Source: Anthoceros angustus (taxonomy: Eukaryota > Plantae > Anthocerotophyta). From it: DNA of 64,000 bases. Location: NCBI GenBank assembly GCA_010909165.1, contig MU008159.1, positions 1,612,001-1,676,000 of the forward strand. Reading direction: 5' to 3'. Positions 15,391 through 28,200 of this stretch are shown one piece after another (positions within the stretch are counted from its first letter, which is position 1; the number at the start of each line of letters is the position of its first letter). Both the position numbers and the translations under genes were made by a program. Below the pieces are notes generated by a model. The model was not told the origin of the DNA. It ran no database searches and worked only from the letters and a program-made list of their open reading frames with translations.

Positions 15391-16383
15391 AAGGCAAGTA
15401 TGGCATACCGTTTGGGACATCCAAAAGTTCCCCTTTTTTTTTTTGTGATATCATGCTTGACACTCTAACTGGTTGTGTCTACCGACTTAAAACTCTAGCT
15501 TGGCAAACGCAGCCAGCTGGAGCGCCAACACGGCAGGGTGACCGGCAGTTTATGATCGAGGGCCACGAAGGCCCGATCGGCTGCTGAGCTTGCTGATCTG
15601 GTCCCATGAGCATGCTCAAAGCACAGTCTCCCGGCTGTAGACACACCAAAACCTTCCTCAGGCTGTATGTATTCCGGAGGAGGCAAAATAGGTCCGTTGT
15701 TGGCCGACTTGCCCGAGTCCTCCTCCGCGAAGGTGTAGAGGCCATTCTCCCTCGTACGCCTGGAAGATCTTGCCATTAGGATAATCATCAATGGAGAAGT
15801 CGAGCCCTTTGTTGAAATCGGTATGACACTCCGCCCAAAAGGAATTGGTATAGGAAGGCTGTTGAGCAACCTCATCACCTTCAGCCTGGAAGGAATCATT
15901 GTAGGAAGGTTGCTGAGCAGCTTGTCATCGAAGGCGGTGTAGAACTACTCAGAGTGGTGATGGTCGAATTACCCGTTGATGGCTTTGATGGGCGAATTTG
16001 AGCCATTGGGCTCCAGACGATCGTCTGCTGTCTTCGGAACCCGATCTAGAGTGCTTTGAAGGATTTAAAGCGGCCAGATGGTAGCTATGGATCATATCCC
16101 AAGTCGGCGGGCGCGAGCCCGGTGACATCGCTGCCGAGTCGCCATGCCGCCAGCTTGAGCAAGCCAGCCTCCCCGCCCGCAGCCGCCTCCTCCTGGTTGC
16201 GTGCTCTGGTCACCCTACCGAGCTGGCACGCCATATCGTGTCCGCTTGCGCTGAGTTTAAAGTGGGTGGATGCAGCGACTTGGAGTATCGAGGACATCAC
16301 CTAAAAAAACAAAAGGAGGATCGAGGAGGGACGTCACAAAAAAAAAAAGGATGAAACTTCTGAATGTCCCAAACGGCATGCTA
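15391..16383. mobile_element. Non-autonomous TIR element of about 1 kb, TA-flanked (Tc1/mariner-like), no transposase
   Basis: Imperfect TIRs of about 55 bp: TGGCATACCGTTTGGGACATCCAAAAGTT...T-run..GTGA versus reverse complement of the right end TAGCATGCCGTTTGGGACATTCAGAAGTT...T-run..GTGA. TA on both outer sides. Confidence 0.7.
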
Positions 16384-16454
16384 TAGGCGAGACTCAAGAC
16401 AGGGCTTGACCACCCTAATGGTGCCCTTTTGCAAGCAAAGTAGCAAAGATCACA

Positions 16455-17071
16455 TGTAAATTTATGCAGTCCCCATAGGCCTTACGACACGGCTACCAAG
16501 GGCTTCACAATTAAGCACGCATCTCTCAGGGCTAAGAGTAATAATCGAAAAAGAGAAATGGAGACTTTATTATGAAAAAGAGATGGGTAAAACATCTACC
16601 CCAAGCCAAGGGGAAACAACCCTTAGGAGGGCACGAGACCATGGGAACTAACCCCCGAGAATAATAATCTAGATGGATGGGTCCCACCATTATATTCAAA
16701 TATAAAATACTAGGCTTTAGACATGTAGAAAAGTACTACCGGGACCGGTAGTATTGCACCGAGATTGAAGTCGGTCCCATCCGATCGAGGACAACCAGTT
16801 CCTCGTCAAGGCCGGTGACCGATCTCGGGCCCACCAGCCTTGCCGGTCAAATAACACCCAGGTTCCCACTCGGGTAGTGGGTGATCTCCGGGGTTGCAAT
16901 GAAGTTGTAACTACCATGTCACTCCCCTCAAGGGAGGACATCCCTTGTTCTTCTTGTCATGGGTAGTGGGTGATCTCCCGGGGTTGCAATGAAGTTGTAA
17001 CTACCATGTCACTCCTCAAGGGAGGACATCCCTTGTTCTTCTTGTCATGCTGCTCCAATCGAGGCATGACA
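16455..17071 (-). mobile_element. Possible solo-LTR-like remnant containing an ~89-bp tandem duplication
   Basis: Minus strand runs TGTCATG...TTTACA with an AT-rich TATA-like segment and AATAAAGTCTCC. Duplication 16872-16960 / 16961-17048. No matching TSD. Confidence 0.4.
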
Positions 17072-17133
17072 AAATAGTGAAATTTCAAACGTCTCCACTC
17101 ACACCAACTTACACTCATATATCACCTAAAAGA

Positions 17134-17198
17134 CTACAGCTACAGTAACAGCAATAGCAACAGCAACAGCAACAATAACAATAGCTACAGCAACAGCA
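17134..17198 (+). repeat. Degenerate CAG/CAA microsatellite
   Basis: ctacagctacagtaacagcaatagcaacagcaacagcaacaataacaatagctacagcaacagca. Confidence 0.8.
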
Positions 17199-18780
17199 TG
17201 TAGGGAGAGGAATCTTTGATATTTATATGTTTTTAGTTTCGGTTCTCACTATGTACATACATATGTGTCCACAGGAAGCAAACGCAAAAAATATCCCTTC
17301 ATCCAGGTTGTATTGTATGGACTACCTACGTATGGGGTCGCAGCACGCAACAAATCCACAAATCCGGCGCACGAAGCAGGTGCTTCAGCAGCTTCCACCT
17401 GTCCGATCTCCTTTGTCCATTATCTCGAGGATATTATAAGGCTAGCGGATGCGGAGCAAAGTGGCAGACTCCATGCCGTCAGGGCAGCGAAGCCGCCCAC
17501 CCACTGCTCACCGGCCTCCACCTCGCGTGAAGGCTGTCGCGGTGCCGCCATCGCAGGATCCAAGAAAACTACGTCTTGACGCTGTGGATGCTGGAACGAG
17601 TCAGCCTCTCTTTCGCGCTGCACCAATAACGGCTCCGGGACGGCAGCGGCAGTGGGAGTGGCAGCGCTGATCCAGGCCCCACGATGGCCGCGCCGTTCTG
17701 CAGCTCTCGCTTGGGAATTTCGGGGCAGGAATCGCGTTCCCTCCCCGCCTGCTGACCCACTGCCTTTCAACACACACCTGGTGTGTCGTCAATCACATTG
17801 GAAGCTCCCGGAATCCTCATCGTCGGTGGAGCTTCCGACGGTGCGGCACCGGAGAGCTTTTTCTGAAATCGGAATTTCGGGAGCTTCTGCCGGAAGCGCA
17901 TCGGCGGGACAGGAACCTGTCGTTTGTGGAGGGATTGAAGGCAGCGCTGCATCTGGAGATCAAAATTGAAAAGGAACGTTAACGCTGGCGCGCCACGCCT
18001 GTGGGGATGCTCCAACTCCGGGACCATCGGATCTTTCCGGCAGGTGTCTGATCGCTGGTAATGGCATTTTCTTGACAAAGAACGTTCCAAAGCGTCGCTG
18101 CAAGAATGGAGCAGGCCTAGGAGACGTAGAGTCGATTTCTTGGTTTTGTTGGATGCTCCAGGAGCAAGGATTTCACTGCAGCGTTCTTCGTAACGGCCAC
18201 CTTTGATGGAATGGAGTGCCCTAGCATGTGGCCGATGCTCCCGGAGTGTGATTCCTGAACGCTTGTTTGTGTGTGATCACTGTGATAAGAATCGCATAGG
18301 AAGATCCCTGTTGCTTGAATTTAGTGTGCTAGAGCGAGCGGAACATATATGTAATTCGAGCTCCTGTTAAAAGGTTGGCGTTAACAGCGCCGCAAGCTCT
18401 GGAGGCAGAAAGCGGTACAATCTTTGGTTCCACGTCACCGCGGATAGCTGATTATGCACAAGCTATTCTGGCTGGATGCGTGATGCTGCCTGGAACCAAT
18501 GTTAGGGAATGAAGTCTAGAGGACTGCTGGATTGCGGGTGTGGAGCTGCACTGCGCAATAATTCTGCGACTAGTCTTTCGCCTGGGCATCGAATGCGACT
18601 CGGCGATGAGAGCTTGGACTGTGGATGATGCAGACGGTGTGGTTTCTATGGTATGTTCACACAAATTCTGGTCTTGATGCAGGCTTGTTTTCTGGCACTT
18701 GAACAAGGACTTGCACATCGCATCGACAATGTTGTCCTGTAAGTCCATTATGCATATCGTTTTCTTGTCCGCTCGCATTA

Positions 18781-21700
18781 ATGCTGGCTCCTCGAGTGCT
18801 AGGTAGTGCCTCCTGTGAGATTAACCTGCAACTGAATCTCCATCTTTTGGTTGTTGCATAGTGGAATGGTCACGCTTCTGCAGCACCCCCGGAGGATCTG
18901 CTGGTGGCAATTGCGTGGGAGGGAGCTGCTCTCCTCATCAACAATCAGCTCCTGTGTCATCATGCCAGGAAGCGCTGCATCTGGCCCCCTGCAGCCTGCA
19001 AGCTCTTGTTACTGGAGCGCAAGTCATTTTCCTTGCGTCCTTTCTATTTCTCTGTGTGATGAGCTTCAATGCTTTATGGCGACAACGTTTTGGTACAAGG
19101 GATTTGCTAAGAACTAGGCAGGCCCCGTCCACTCTCCGCCGAGTTGTTGCCTGTTTGGCTCTGTGCGTGGGTATTGCAAGTTTTGGTGTTGGAGGTTGGC
19201 AGCTTCTTTCGAGTTGGGATGCTTCGGCTGAGCCTACGTACCAGGGGGTCGGATTGCTCGTTAAAGGCTTGGCATGGATTGTGCTGTCCCTGACTCTGGG
19301 CATATCTGCCCCGCCATCGATGATCACTTTCCTTGAGATATGGTGGGTAGTTACTTTTCTTCTGGAAGGTATTGCTGCCATCACAGCTGCATTGGACATA
19401 TTAGTCCATGCGCAAAACTTGTGTGCTGAATACGTAGTGGATTTCGCAACCTCATCTGTGTCCTTCTTGTTGCTTATTTGCCTTTGCAAGAGGGAAAAAA
19501 TGGATATCATAAGGGACTCATATACAGAGCCTCTTCTGAACGGGAATCGGTTCAAGCAGGACTCTGATGCGGCAGACCCGTTACTGGCCGAGGATGCAGA
19601 ATGGCCAGACAGGCATGGCGAGGACTACATTGTGACACCTTTTGAAAGGGCTGGAGTCTTTAGTCGTTTATCCTTCCTATGGCTGACTCCACTCATGTCT
19701 TTGGGGTACACCAGACCACTTGAGCAAACAGATTTACCTCAACTTGGTACATCGGATAAAGCAATTACTGCATACAACCTGTTCAGAGCAGCTTGGCAGC
19801 GCCAGCAAGTTGAAACGCCCTCAAAGGCTCCATCCTTGGAGAAGGTGTTTGCAATGTGCCATTGGAGGGATCTTGCCAAAAATGGCGTGTTTGCATTACT
19901 CAAAGCAACGACTTTGTCGGCTTCACCTATTATCCTGAACCTTTTCATAGGCTTCGTCGGAGGAAAGAAAGTGTTTAAATACGAAGGGTATCTCCTTGTG
20001 CTGGGACTATTTTTGGCAAAAATAACAGAATCTCTGTCACAGCGCCAGTGGTACTTTGGTAGTCGAAGGGTGGGCCTGCATCTGAGATCGTCCCTTATTG
20101 CAGCTGTGTATAACAAGGAGCTAGCACTGTCAAATGCTGGGAGGCAACAACATGCAGCAGGAGAGGTCGTGAACTACATGGCAGTGGATGCATACAGGAT
20201 CGGAGAGTTCCCTTTCTGGTTTCACCTTCTCTGGACGACTCCTTTGCAGATTGTCATAGCTTTAATCATTCTGTTCTCAACAGTTGGACTGGGCACCGTG
20301 GCGGGATTGGCTATACTTCTGGGTGTTATGATTCTCAATTCTCCTTTGGCAAAAGCACAACAGAGATATCAGACGGCACTGATGGATGCACAAGATGCTA
20401 GACTGAGAGCAACAACTGAAGCATTGCGCAACATGAGAATCCTCAAGCTTCAAGCTTGGGAGGTCAAGTTTAAAGAGAAAGTTGAAAGCCTTAGACAAGA
20501 GGAATGGAAATGGTTGTCAGCTGTTCAGTACAAGAAGGCTTATAACTCAATGCTGTTTTGGGTGTCTCCCATTTTCATGGCAACAGCAACTTTTGTAACA
20601 GCTGGGTTTCTTGGAACACCTCTAACTGCTAGCAGAGTTTTCACGGCTCTTGCAACTCTGAGAATCATACAGGAACCTATACGACTGATACCTGAACTAA
20701 TTGCTGTACTGATACAGTTCAGAGTGTCGACTGGTCGTGTTGCAAAATTCCTAGAAGAGAAAGAGCTTGACATGGGTGCTGTTGAGAGAGTCACAAGGAA
20801 CAGCACGAATAATGCGGTTGAGATTCATGACGGTGTCTTCAGCTGGGAATCTAATCCAGAGATTACTGTATTAAAGGACATCACGGTTCAGATTGGACAT
20901 GGTGATCGAGTTGCTGTGGTTGGCGAGGTTGGAGCTGGAAAGTCCTCACTCCTATGTGCCATCATTGGAGAGACTCCAAAACTGTCTGGCGTGGTAAGTT
21001 ACACAAGGCTTTCAGTATGCCAGAGATGGCTTATCTTTGAAGCTGTGGAGGAAAGTCCCGACAGCTTGTGTTTGCAGATAATACTTTATTAATAGTCTTT
21101 GCCAGCGACTTGACAGCCATTCTTGTTGCAGGTGAACGTTGCTGGCAGTACAGCTTACGTACCGCAGACTGCATGGATTCAGAGTGGTACGGTGAGGGAC
21201 AACATATTGTTTGGGCTTCCCATGGATGAATCTCGTTACAACGCATGCATTAAAGCATGTGCTTTGGACAAGGACATACAGGGGTTTGCATATGGGGACG
21301 AGACAGAAATAGGTGAGAGGGGCATCAACATGAGTGGAGGGCAAAAGCAGCGGATTCAATTGGCCCGGGCAGTCTACCAGGATGCAGATATCTATCTGTT
21401 GGATGACCCATTTAGTGCTGTAGATGCTCACACTGCCTCGAGTCTCTTTACAGTAAACGCCACTTCCTTGCTGTGTTCATTTATCCTAGTGCACTTGTGT
21501 TTGATTGTATTTGTTTCCTGCTCTTTGGACTCATGCTTTGAGTTTTATTCCAGGACTGTGTGATGGGAATCCTTGCACAGAAAACTGTTATCCTCGTGAC
21601 TCACCAAGTGGAGTTCCTTCCAGCCCTTGACATGATCCTGGTATGGCGAAAACTCTTTTCTGACTGAACGCTGCTCAGCGTCAGTGACTTGATAGCTGTG

Positions 21701-24576
21701 TGGTACCCAAACTAAGTCATGCCTCCTCAACTTGCTTGTCACTGAATCAACCTTTGCAGCTTATGGAAGACGGGGAGATTCGTAAGAAGGGAGGCTTTGA
21801 TGAGTTGCTGGAGTCAAGCAGCGTGTTCGGAGATCTTGTGAATGCTCACCAACAAACCATGGGCCTCGCCAGCGGCAATGAGGAACCGGATGATGCAATC
21901 GACTCTAGCAAAGTTGCGGTGCCAGTTAGCAAAATTGAACATGTGGAAAGGAGACAAGGAAGAGAATTGAAAACATCAATTAACCCGGGGTTGCCAGTTG
22001 ACGGGCATCAACTGACAAAGAAAGAGGAAAGAAAATTTGGGAGTCCAGGTTTCTCGACATATAGTGACTATCTCTGGCAAAATGGTGGATATTTATTCTG
22101 TCTGGGTTGCACCGGTTCGCACCTTATGTTCGTAGTGGGGCAAATTGCAAGCAATTGGTGGATGGCGTCCGAGACCGGAAATCCCGAGATTTCTGTCAAA
22201 AACCTCGTTGGTGTATATGCAGGCTTTGGATTATTGTCTGGTTTTTTTGTGTTCATGAGGTCAATCTTCATTGTGTGGATGGGCTTGGCAAGCTCATCCT
22301 CCTTCTTTTCTGGAATTATGGATTCTGTGTTCCGTTCTCCTATGGCTTTCTTTGATTCAACTCCCACAGGACGGATTCTTAGTCGGGTAATAACCTTATC
22401 TCGTCGCGCAGGGGAGGGCGCTTGTAGGACGAAACCCGTTTTTGGTGGCTGAAAAGTTTGTGAGGTACTGGGCAAGGGTCTAACACCGATTTTTTGTGCA
22501 GGTCTCCTCTGACATGAGCATAATGGATCTCGATGTTCCATTCAACCTCGGGTTTTCCATTGGAGCGACTTTGAATGCTTGGAGCTCCTTGTTAGTAACT
22601 GTAGCAGTCACATGGCAAGTTGTCATCTTGATTCTTCCTGTGCTATGCTTCAATGGTTGGCTGCAGGTATGAAAGTAGCATCTGGTGTTTCCATGAGATG
22701 TAGTGCTCTTACATGAGGTCGTGATCTCTACAGGCCATGTCGGCCCGTGTGATACAACTGTGGCTAATGTTTTCTTGTTGCTGTGAAACAGAGATACTAC
22801 TTGGCGTCTGCTCGGGAAATCATGAGAATGAACGGGACCACAAAAGCACCACTAGTGAACCACTTCGGGGAGGCCTGTGCTGGGGCAGTTATTATTCGAG
22901 CATTTCGAGTAGAAGAACGTTTCAAGAGGAAAAATTTGAAACTGATTGACGACAATGCGTCTGCTGTGTTCCACAGCTTTACAGCCAACGAATGGCTGAT
23001 TCAGCGACTGGAATTTATGTCCAGTTTGGTACTGACAGCTTCAGCTCTTCTGATTGTATTATTGCCAGCGGGACAGATTGATCCTGGTACGTTGTTGTTT
23101 GAAGCTGTCGGCATCGGGAGGTTTCGCTGGTTGATGTGCCACAGCGCAGAAATGGACCTGACTAATTCAGCCACGGATTCGTGTCATTCTCTCCTCCGTT
23201 CTCCTTGATGCAGGTTTCGTGGGACTTGCGCTTACGTACGGACTGACCTTGAATGTGTCGATGGTATACAGTGTGCAAAATCAGTGCACACTTGACAACA
23301 ATATTATATCCGTGGAGAGAATCAAACAATTCATGAGGTTACCAAGCGAAGCACCTCCTGTCGTCGAAACCAACAGACCTCCCGTTCACTGGCCTAGCAT
23401 AGGCAAAGTGGAGTTGCAGAATTTACAGGTTGGCGTTCAATCTCTGGGTTTTAGGATATTTGCGGTCTTGATAAGTTTATTATGGTATTAACGTAGTGGT
23501 CACCTGGACAGATCAGGTACCAGCCAAATTCTCCGCTGGTGCTACGGGGAGTGTCATGCACATTCGAAGGAGGGCAGCGAGTCGGTGTTGTTGGTCGCAC
23601 AGGGAGTGGAAAGACAACACTGATCAGTGTTTTGTTCCGACTTGTGGAACCCGCCGGTGGCAAAGTTCTAATCGATGACTTAGACATTACCACCATTGGG
23701 TTGCATGATCTGCGATCAAGACTGAGTATAATTCCTCAGGAACCGACCATGTTCCGTGGCACGGTCCGATTCAATATGGATCCACTGGAGCAGCATTCGG
23801 ACCATCTCATTTGGGAGGTAACGTCGACCAACTGGTGTTATTAGTAGACAATGCAGTGCCTGGATATGCCTGGAATTTGTGTCTGGAGTTCAATGTTGTT
23901 AAAAAAGAAGTTGTGGTGCAGGCCCTTGACAAATGCCAGCTCGGAGATGTGATACGGGAAAAGCCAGAAGGGTTGGATTCTCCAGGTGCCGCTATACTTC
24001 AACTTTTGCCTTGCCAGTAGTATTACATTGCACCGGGGGGAATGAGATGCCAACCTATTTTGCTTGTTCTTGTGGGTATGCAGTCGGGGATGATGGCGAG
24101 AACTGGAGCGCGGGGCAGAGGCAACTCTTCTGTCTGGGTAGAGTTTTGCTGAGGCACAGCCGTATTCTGGTTCTGGATGAGGCCACGGCGTCAATAGACA
24201 ATGCCACGGACTCCCTCCTTCAGAAAACAATTCGGAAGGAATTCTCAAACTGCACAGTCATAACAGTGGCGCACAGAATCCCGACCGTGGTGGACAGCGA
24301 CATGGTTTTAGCACTACACGACGGTGCAACGCTTTCCCGCTCTGGATTCGCACTACTGCTACTATTTTCTTACATGTGCCCGCTTGCCTGCCAGGCAGTG
24401 GATATTCAGTACTGATCGCTTTGTTCCTACTTGTGGATGTAGGTGAAGTCGCCGAGTTTGATCAGCCATTCAAGCTGCTGGAAGATAGCACATCCCTGTT
24501 TGCCAAACTGGTTGCGGAGTACTGGTCCCATGCCCAGCAGGTATCGGAAAGCGGTCATGTACTAGGCTTGTTATAA
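18781..24576 (+). CDS. ABCC: ABC transporter C family (MRP-type), full length with TMD0, multi-exon; start exon 18781-18802 tentative
   Basis: TMD0-L0-TMD1-NBD1 ([28 protein letters not shown])-TMD2 ([13 protein letters not shown])-NBD2 ([31 protein letters not shown]); ends at FAKLVAEYW. Confidence 0.95.
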
Positions 24577-25221
24577 GCCTGGAGTAAAGCGGCACAAAGT
24601 CGTCCGCCATACAAATTTAAGCGAACGACTAGGTGTGAAGACGAATCCGCGCAGAGAAACTCTGTGAGTGTGTCTGTCAAACTTTCACACGATGCCTTGA
24701 GTTCACAATGCCTTTCCTGACCGCGAGCGATTCTTCTCCTCGTCGTTGTGCTATAGGCCCCTGGTGAAGCTACCATCCTCGGTACTTATCTACCTTACTA
24801 GGGTTTGTAATATTGTATTGCCTTCCTTCTGCCAAAGAGCAGCCAGCATCCCAAGAGGTGTGGGATGCAACCGACATTGTGGCCCAGTGTAGCTAGGTAG
24901 TGCAAGCGGTTGTGTAGAGTGGGATTTGCTTTCCAACAAGCTACAAGAAAGCAAGTAGAAATATCATTATATTTCTCCAACTGGAGGGAGGCAGGTGGTG
25001 TGAAATCCTGTTGGGAAAGTGTGGATGTGGAAATGTTTGAGAAATGAAAGTCCCGTTGTCGGCGGCACAGACAAGATCCTGTGGGCACGAGGCTGCAGCT
25101 CTGGAGGCGAAGGTGATGCCATTGCTGGGAGCCGGAAACATCGGGTGGCTGGCCTGTTTCAGCATCTACCTACAAGGGGGCACGGGGGCAGGGGTCCCAT
25201 TGTGGGCCTGAAGGTCCGAGG

Positions 25222-28200
25222 ATGGGGAAGCTCGCAGAGCCGCTGCTGCAGCGGGAGCGGCGTGATGAAGGAGAGGAGCGCGCGCAGGCCTTCTCCAACG
25301 CGAGCGCTTGGAGCAGGCTCACCTTCGCGTGGCTGAAGCCGCTGCTGGCGCGAGGGTCACGGCGCGCCCTGGACGCCGCCGATTTGGCGGCGCTAGGGCC
25401 ACAGGACCAGGCGAGCACAGCTTTCCGCGCCCTCGAGCAGCAGGGGCAGCAGGGGCAGCAGGGGCAGCAGCAGGAAGAGCAGGAGACGGTGCTGTGGGCC
25501 TTGGCTCGGTGCTACTGGAAGGCCATGGTGTGGTCGGGAGGCTACGCTCTGCTCAAGAGCGTGAGCTCGTCGGCCAGCCCCGTGTTCGCCAGCTTCTTCA
25601 TCCGGTTCGCGGGCGGGCAGCGGGACTTCCCCCTGGAGGGCTACGCTCTGGCCGCGGCCATGTGCGTGGCCAAGCTCCTGGAGTCGGCCTCGGAGCGGCA
25701 GTGGTTCTTCCAGGCCCGGCGAACCGGGATGCAGGCGCGCGCGGGGGTGGTCGCCGCGCTGTACGCCAAGCTGCTGCGGCTGTCGAGCTCCGGGAGGAAG
25801 GCGCACCCGGCCGGGGAGCTGCTCAACTACGTGGCGGTGGACGCGTTCCGGGTGGGCGAGCTCCCGTACTGGGCGCACTTCGTGTGGGCGACGCCGGTGC
25901 AGATCGCGCTGGCCACCGCCATCCTCTTCTTCTGCGTGGGCTGGGCGACGCTGGCGGGGCTGGCCGTCATCCTGCTCACCGTGCTGGGCAACCAGCCCTT
26001 CGCCCAGCGGCAGCAGCGCGCGCAGACGCAGCTCATGGCGGCGCAGAGCCGGCGGCTGCGCGCCACCGCCGAGTTCCTGCGCAGCATCAAGATCCTCAAG
26101 CTGCAGGCCTGGGAGGAGCGCTTCATGGCCGCCGCGCAGGAGCTGCGGGACCAGGAGATGGGGTGGCTGTCCATCAACCAGTACATCCGCGCCGCGCACT
26201 CCGTGCTCTTCTGGACCTCGCCGGTGCTGGTGTCCGCCGCCACCTTCGCCGCCTGCGTGGCCCTGGGCCGCCCGCTGGACGCCGGCAACGTCTTCACCGC
26301 GCTGGCGGCGCTGCGGATCGTGCAGGAGCCCATCCGCGCCGTGCCCGACCTCATCTCCGCCCTCATCCAGACCAAGGTCTCCCTGGACCGCATCGACCGC
26401 TTCCTGCGGGCCGACCACCTGCAGGAGGACGCCGTGGACAGGAGCGAGCCCGACAGCGGCAGCAGCTCTGAATTCGCAGTGTCCATCGACGACGGCGTCT
26501 TCAGCTGGAACCCGGACGCGCCCGCAGCCACCCTCCGCAACATCCACCTCCGGGCCCGCCACGGCCAGATCGTCGCCGTCTGCGGCCAGGTGGGCGCCGG
26601 CAAGTCCAGCCTGCTCATGTGCGTGCTCGGGGAGATTCCCAAAATCTCGGGAACGGTGAGTTTGCTCGTTTGCTCGTTTGCTCTCGTCGCTTCTTTGATG
26701 CTCTGGGCGGCCTCTCATTTGCTGTGCGTGCTTCCCATCTGGCGGGCCAGGTGAAGGTTTCGGGCAGGAGCGTGGGCTACGTCTCCCAGACTGCGTGGAT
26801 CGAGAGCGGGACGATTCAGGACAATGTCCTGTTCGGGAAGGCTATGGATTATGACAAGTACCAGTCGGTGCTGCATGCCTGCGCACTGGAGCAGGACATC
26901 GAGGAGCTCCCGTATAAGGATCTTACGGAGATTGGAGAGAGGGGCCTCAACCTCAGTGGTGGGCAGAAGCAGAGAATTCAGCTGGCTCGTGCACTCTACC
27001 AGGACTGTGACATCTACCTCTTGGATGATCCCTTCAGTGCTGTGGATGCGCACACCGTTTCCAGTCTGTTCAAGGTGCGTGCCGTGCCGATGCCGTGCTG
27101 CCTTGTAACAGCCTCATGACACTGCTGTGACAGGATGTCACAATGCCATAACCCTTGCAGAACTGCGTGCTACGAGCCTTGGCTGGGAAGACCGTAATTC
27201 TTGTCACACACCAAGTGGAGTTTCTGCCTGCTGTGGATACTATTTTGGTGAGCCGGTCTAACACACATGCCTTCGTTTCTGCTCAAGCTCATTTGCTGCC
27301 AAGGACCCCAGCTCTTACTCATAAATATTCCTGTCTGCAGTTGCTGGAAGATGGACAGATCCGGCAGTCAGGCAACTACAGCCAAATCAACTACGAGGGA
27401 AGTGCGTTCGAGAAGCTTATCCTTGCCCACCAGGAGGCCATGGGCTTGGTTGATGATTCCTCCAAAGCTTCCACTCCTGCACCCTCTGCCCCGTTCTTAG
27501 CTCAACCTGAGCTCCCACAGAGCGGAAACGAAGTATCTAAGGGGGCATCTGGAGGAGTGCAACTGACAGCCGAGGAAGAAAAGGAGTCAGGAACCTCAAC
27601 CTGGAAAGCTATTTTCGACTACTTTGGGCAGGCAGATGGCTGGTACTACTACTCCATATCGGTCGCGAGCGCTGTCATCTTCACAGTGGGCCAACTTGCT
27701 AGCAACTTCTGGCTGGCCAGAGCGGTGAACAACCCGAACATTACCCCTGCTGTGCTCGTCGGAGTGTACGCAGCCGTGGGGATCTCTGCTTGTCTCTTCG
27801 TTTACATAAGAGGAAGAGTGATTGCAACTATGGGCCTCAAGGCCTCTGCTTCCTTCTTCACCGGAATGTCCACAGCCATTTTCCGAGCCCCCATGTCGTT
27901 CTTCGATTCTACTCCCACCGGCAGAATAATCACCAGGGTATATCACCATCATATGGCATTCTGCGTTTTCCGCTTACCGTTTTCTGACACCTGGTTGATC
28001 ATTTGCTTGACCAGTTCTCCTCCGATATGAGCTCCCTAGACACGGATGTCCCCTTCAGCCTGGGGCATTCTGCCTCTGCCAGCTTGAACTATCTTGGATG
28101 TCTGTTCATGACTGCTGTGGTGACATGGCCAGCTCTGGTAGTGGGCCTCCCTCTCATGTATGCATCTACAGAGTATCAGGTACGTGCAAGTAGCTACCGT

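Noticed and set aside
16455-17071. Retrozyme (hammerhead) or Cassandra (5S-bearing) TRIM
   Set aside because: No CTGANGA...GAAA hammerhead core and no 5S A/C-box sequence seen; no TSD.
25308-26718. Long overlapping alternative-frame and antisense ORFs (387, 441 and 271 aa)
   Set aside because: Shadows of the very high GC3 ABCC exon.
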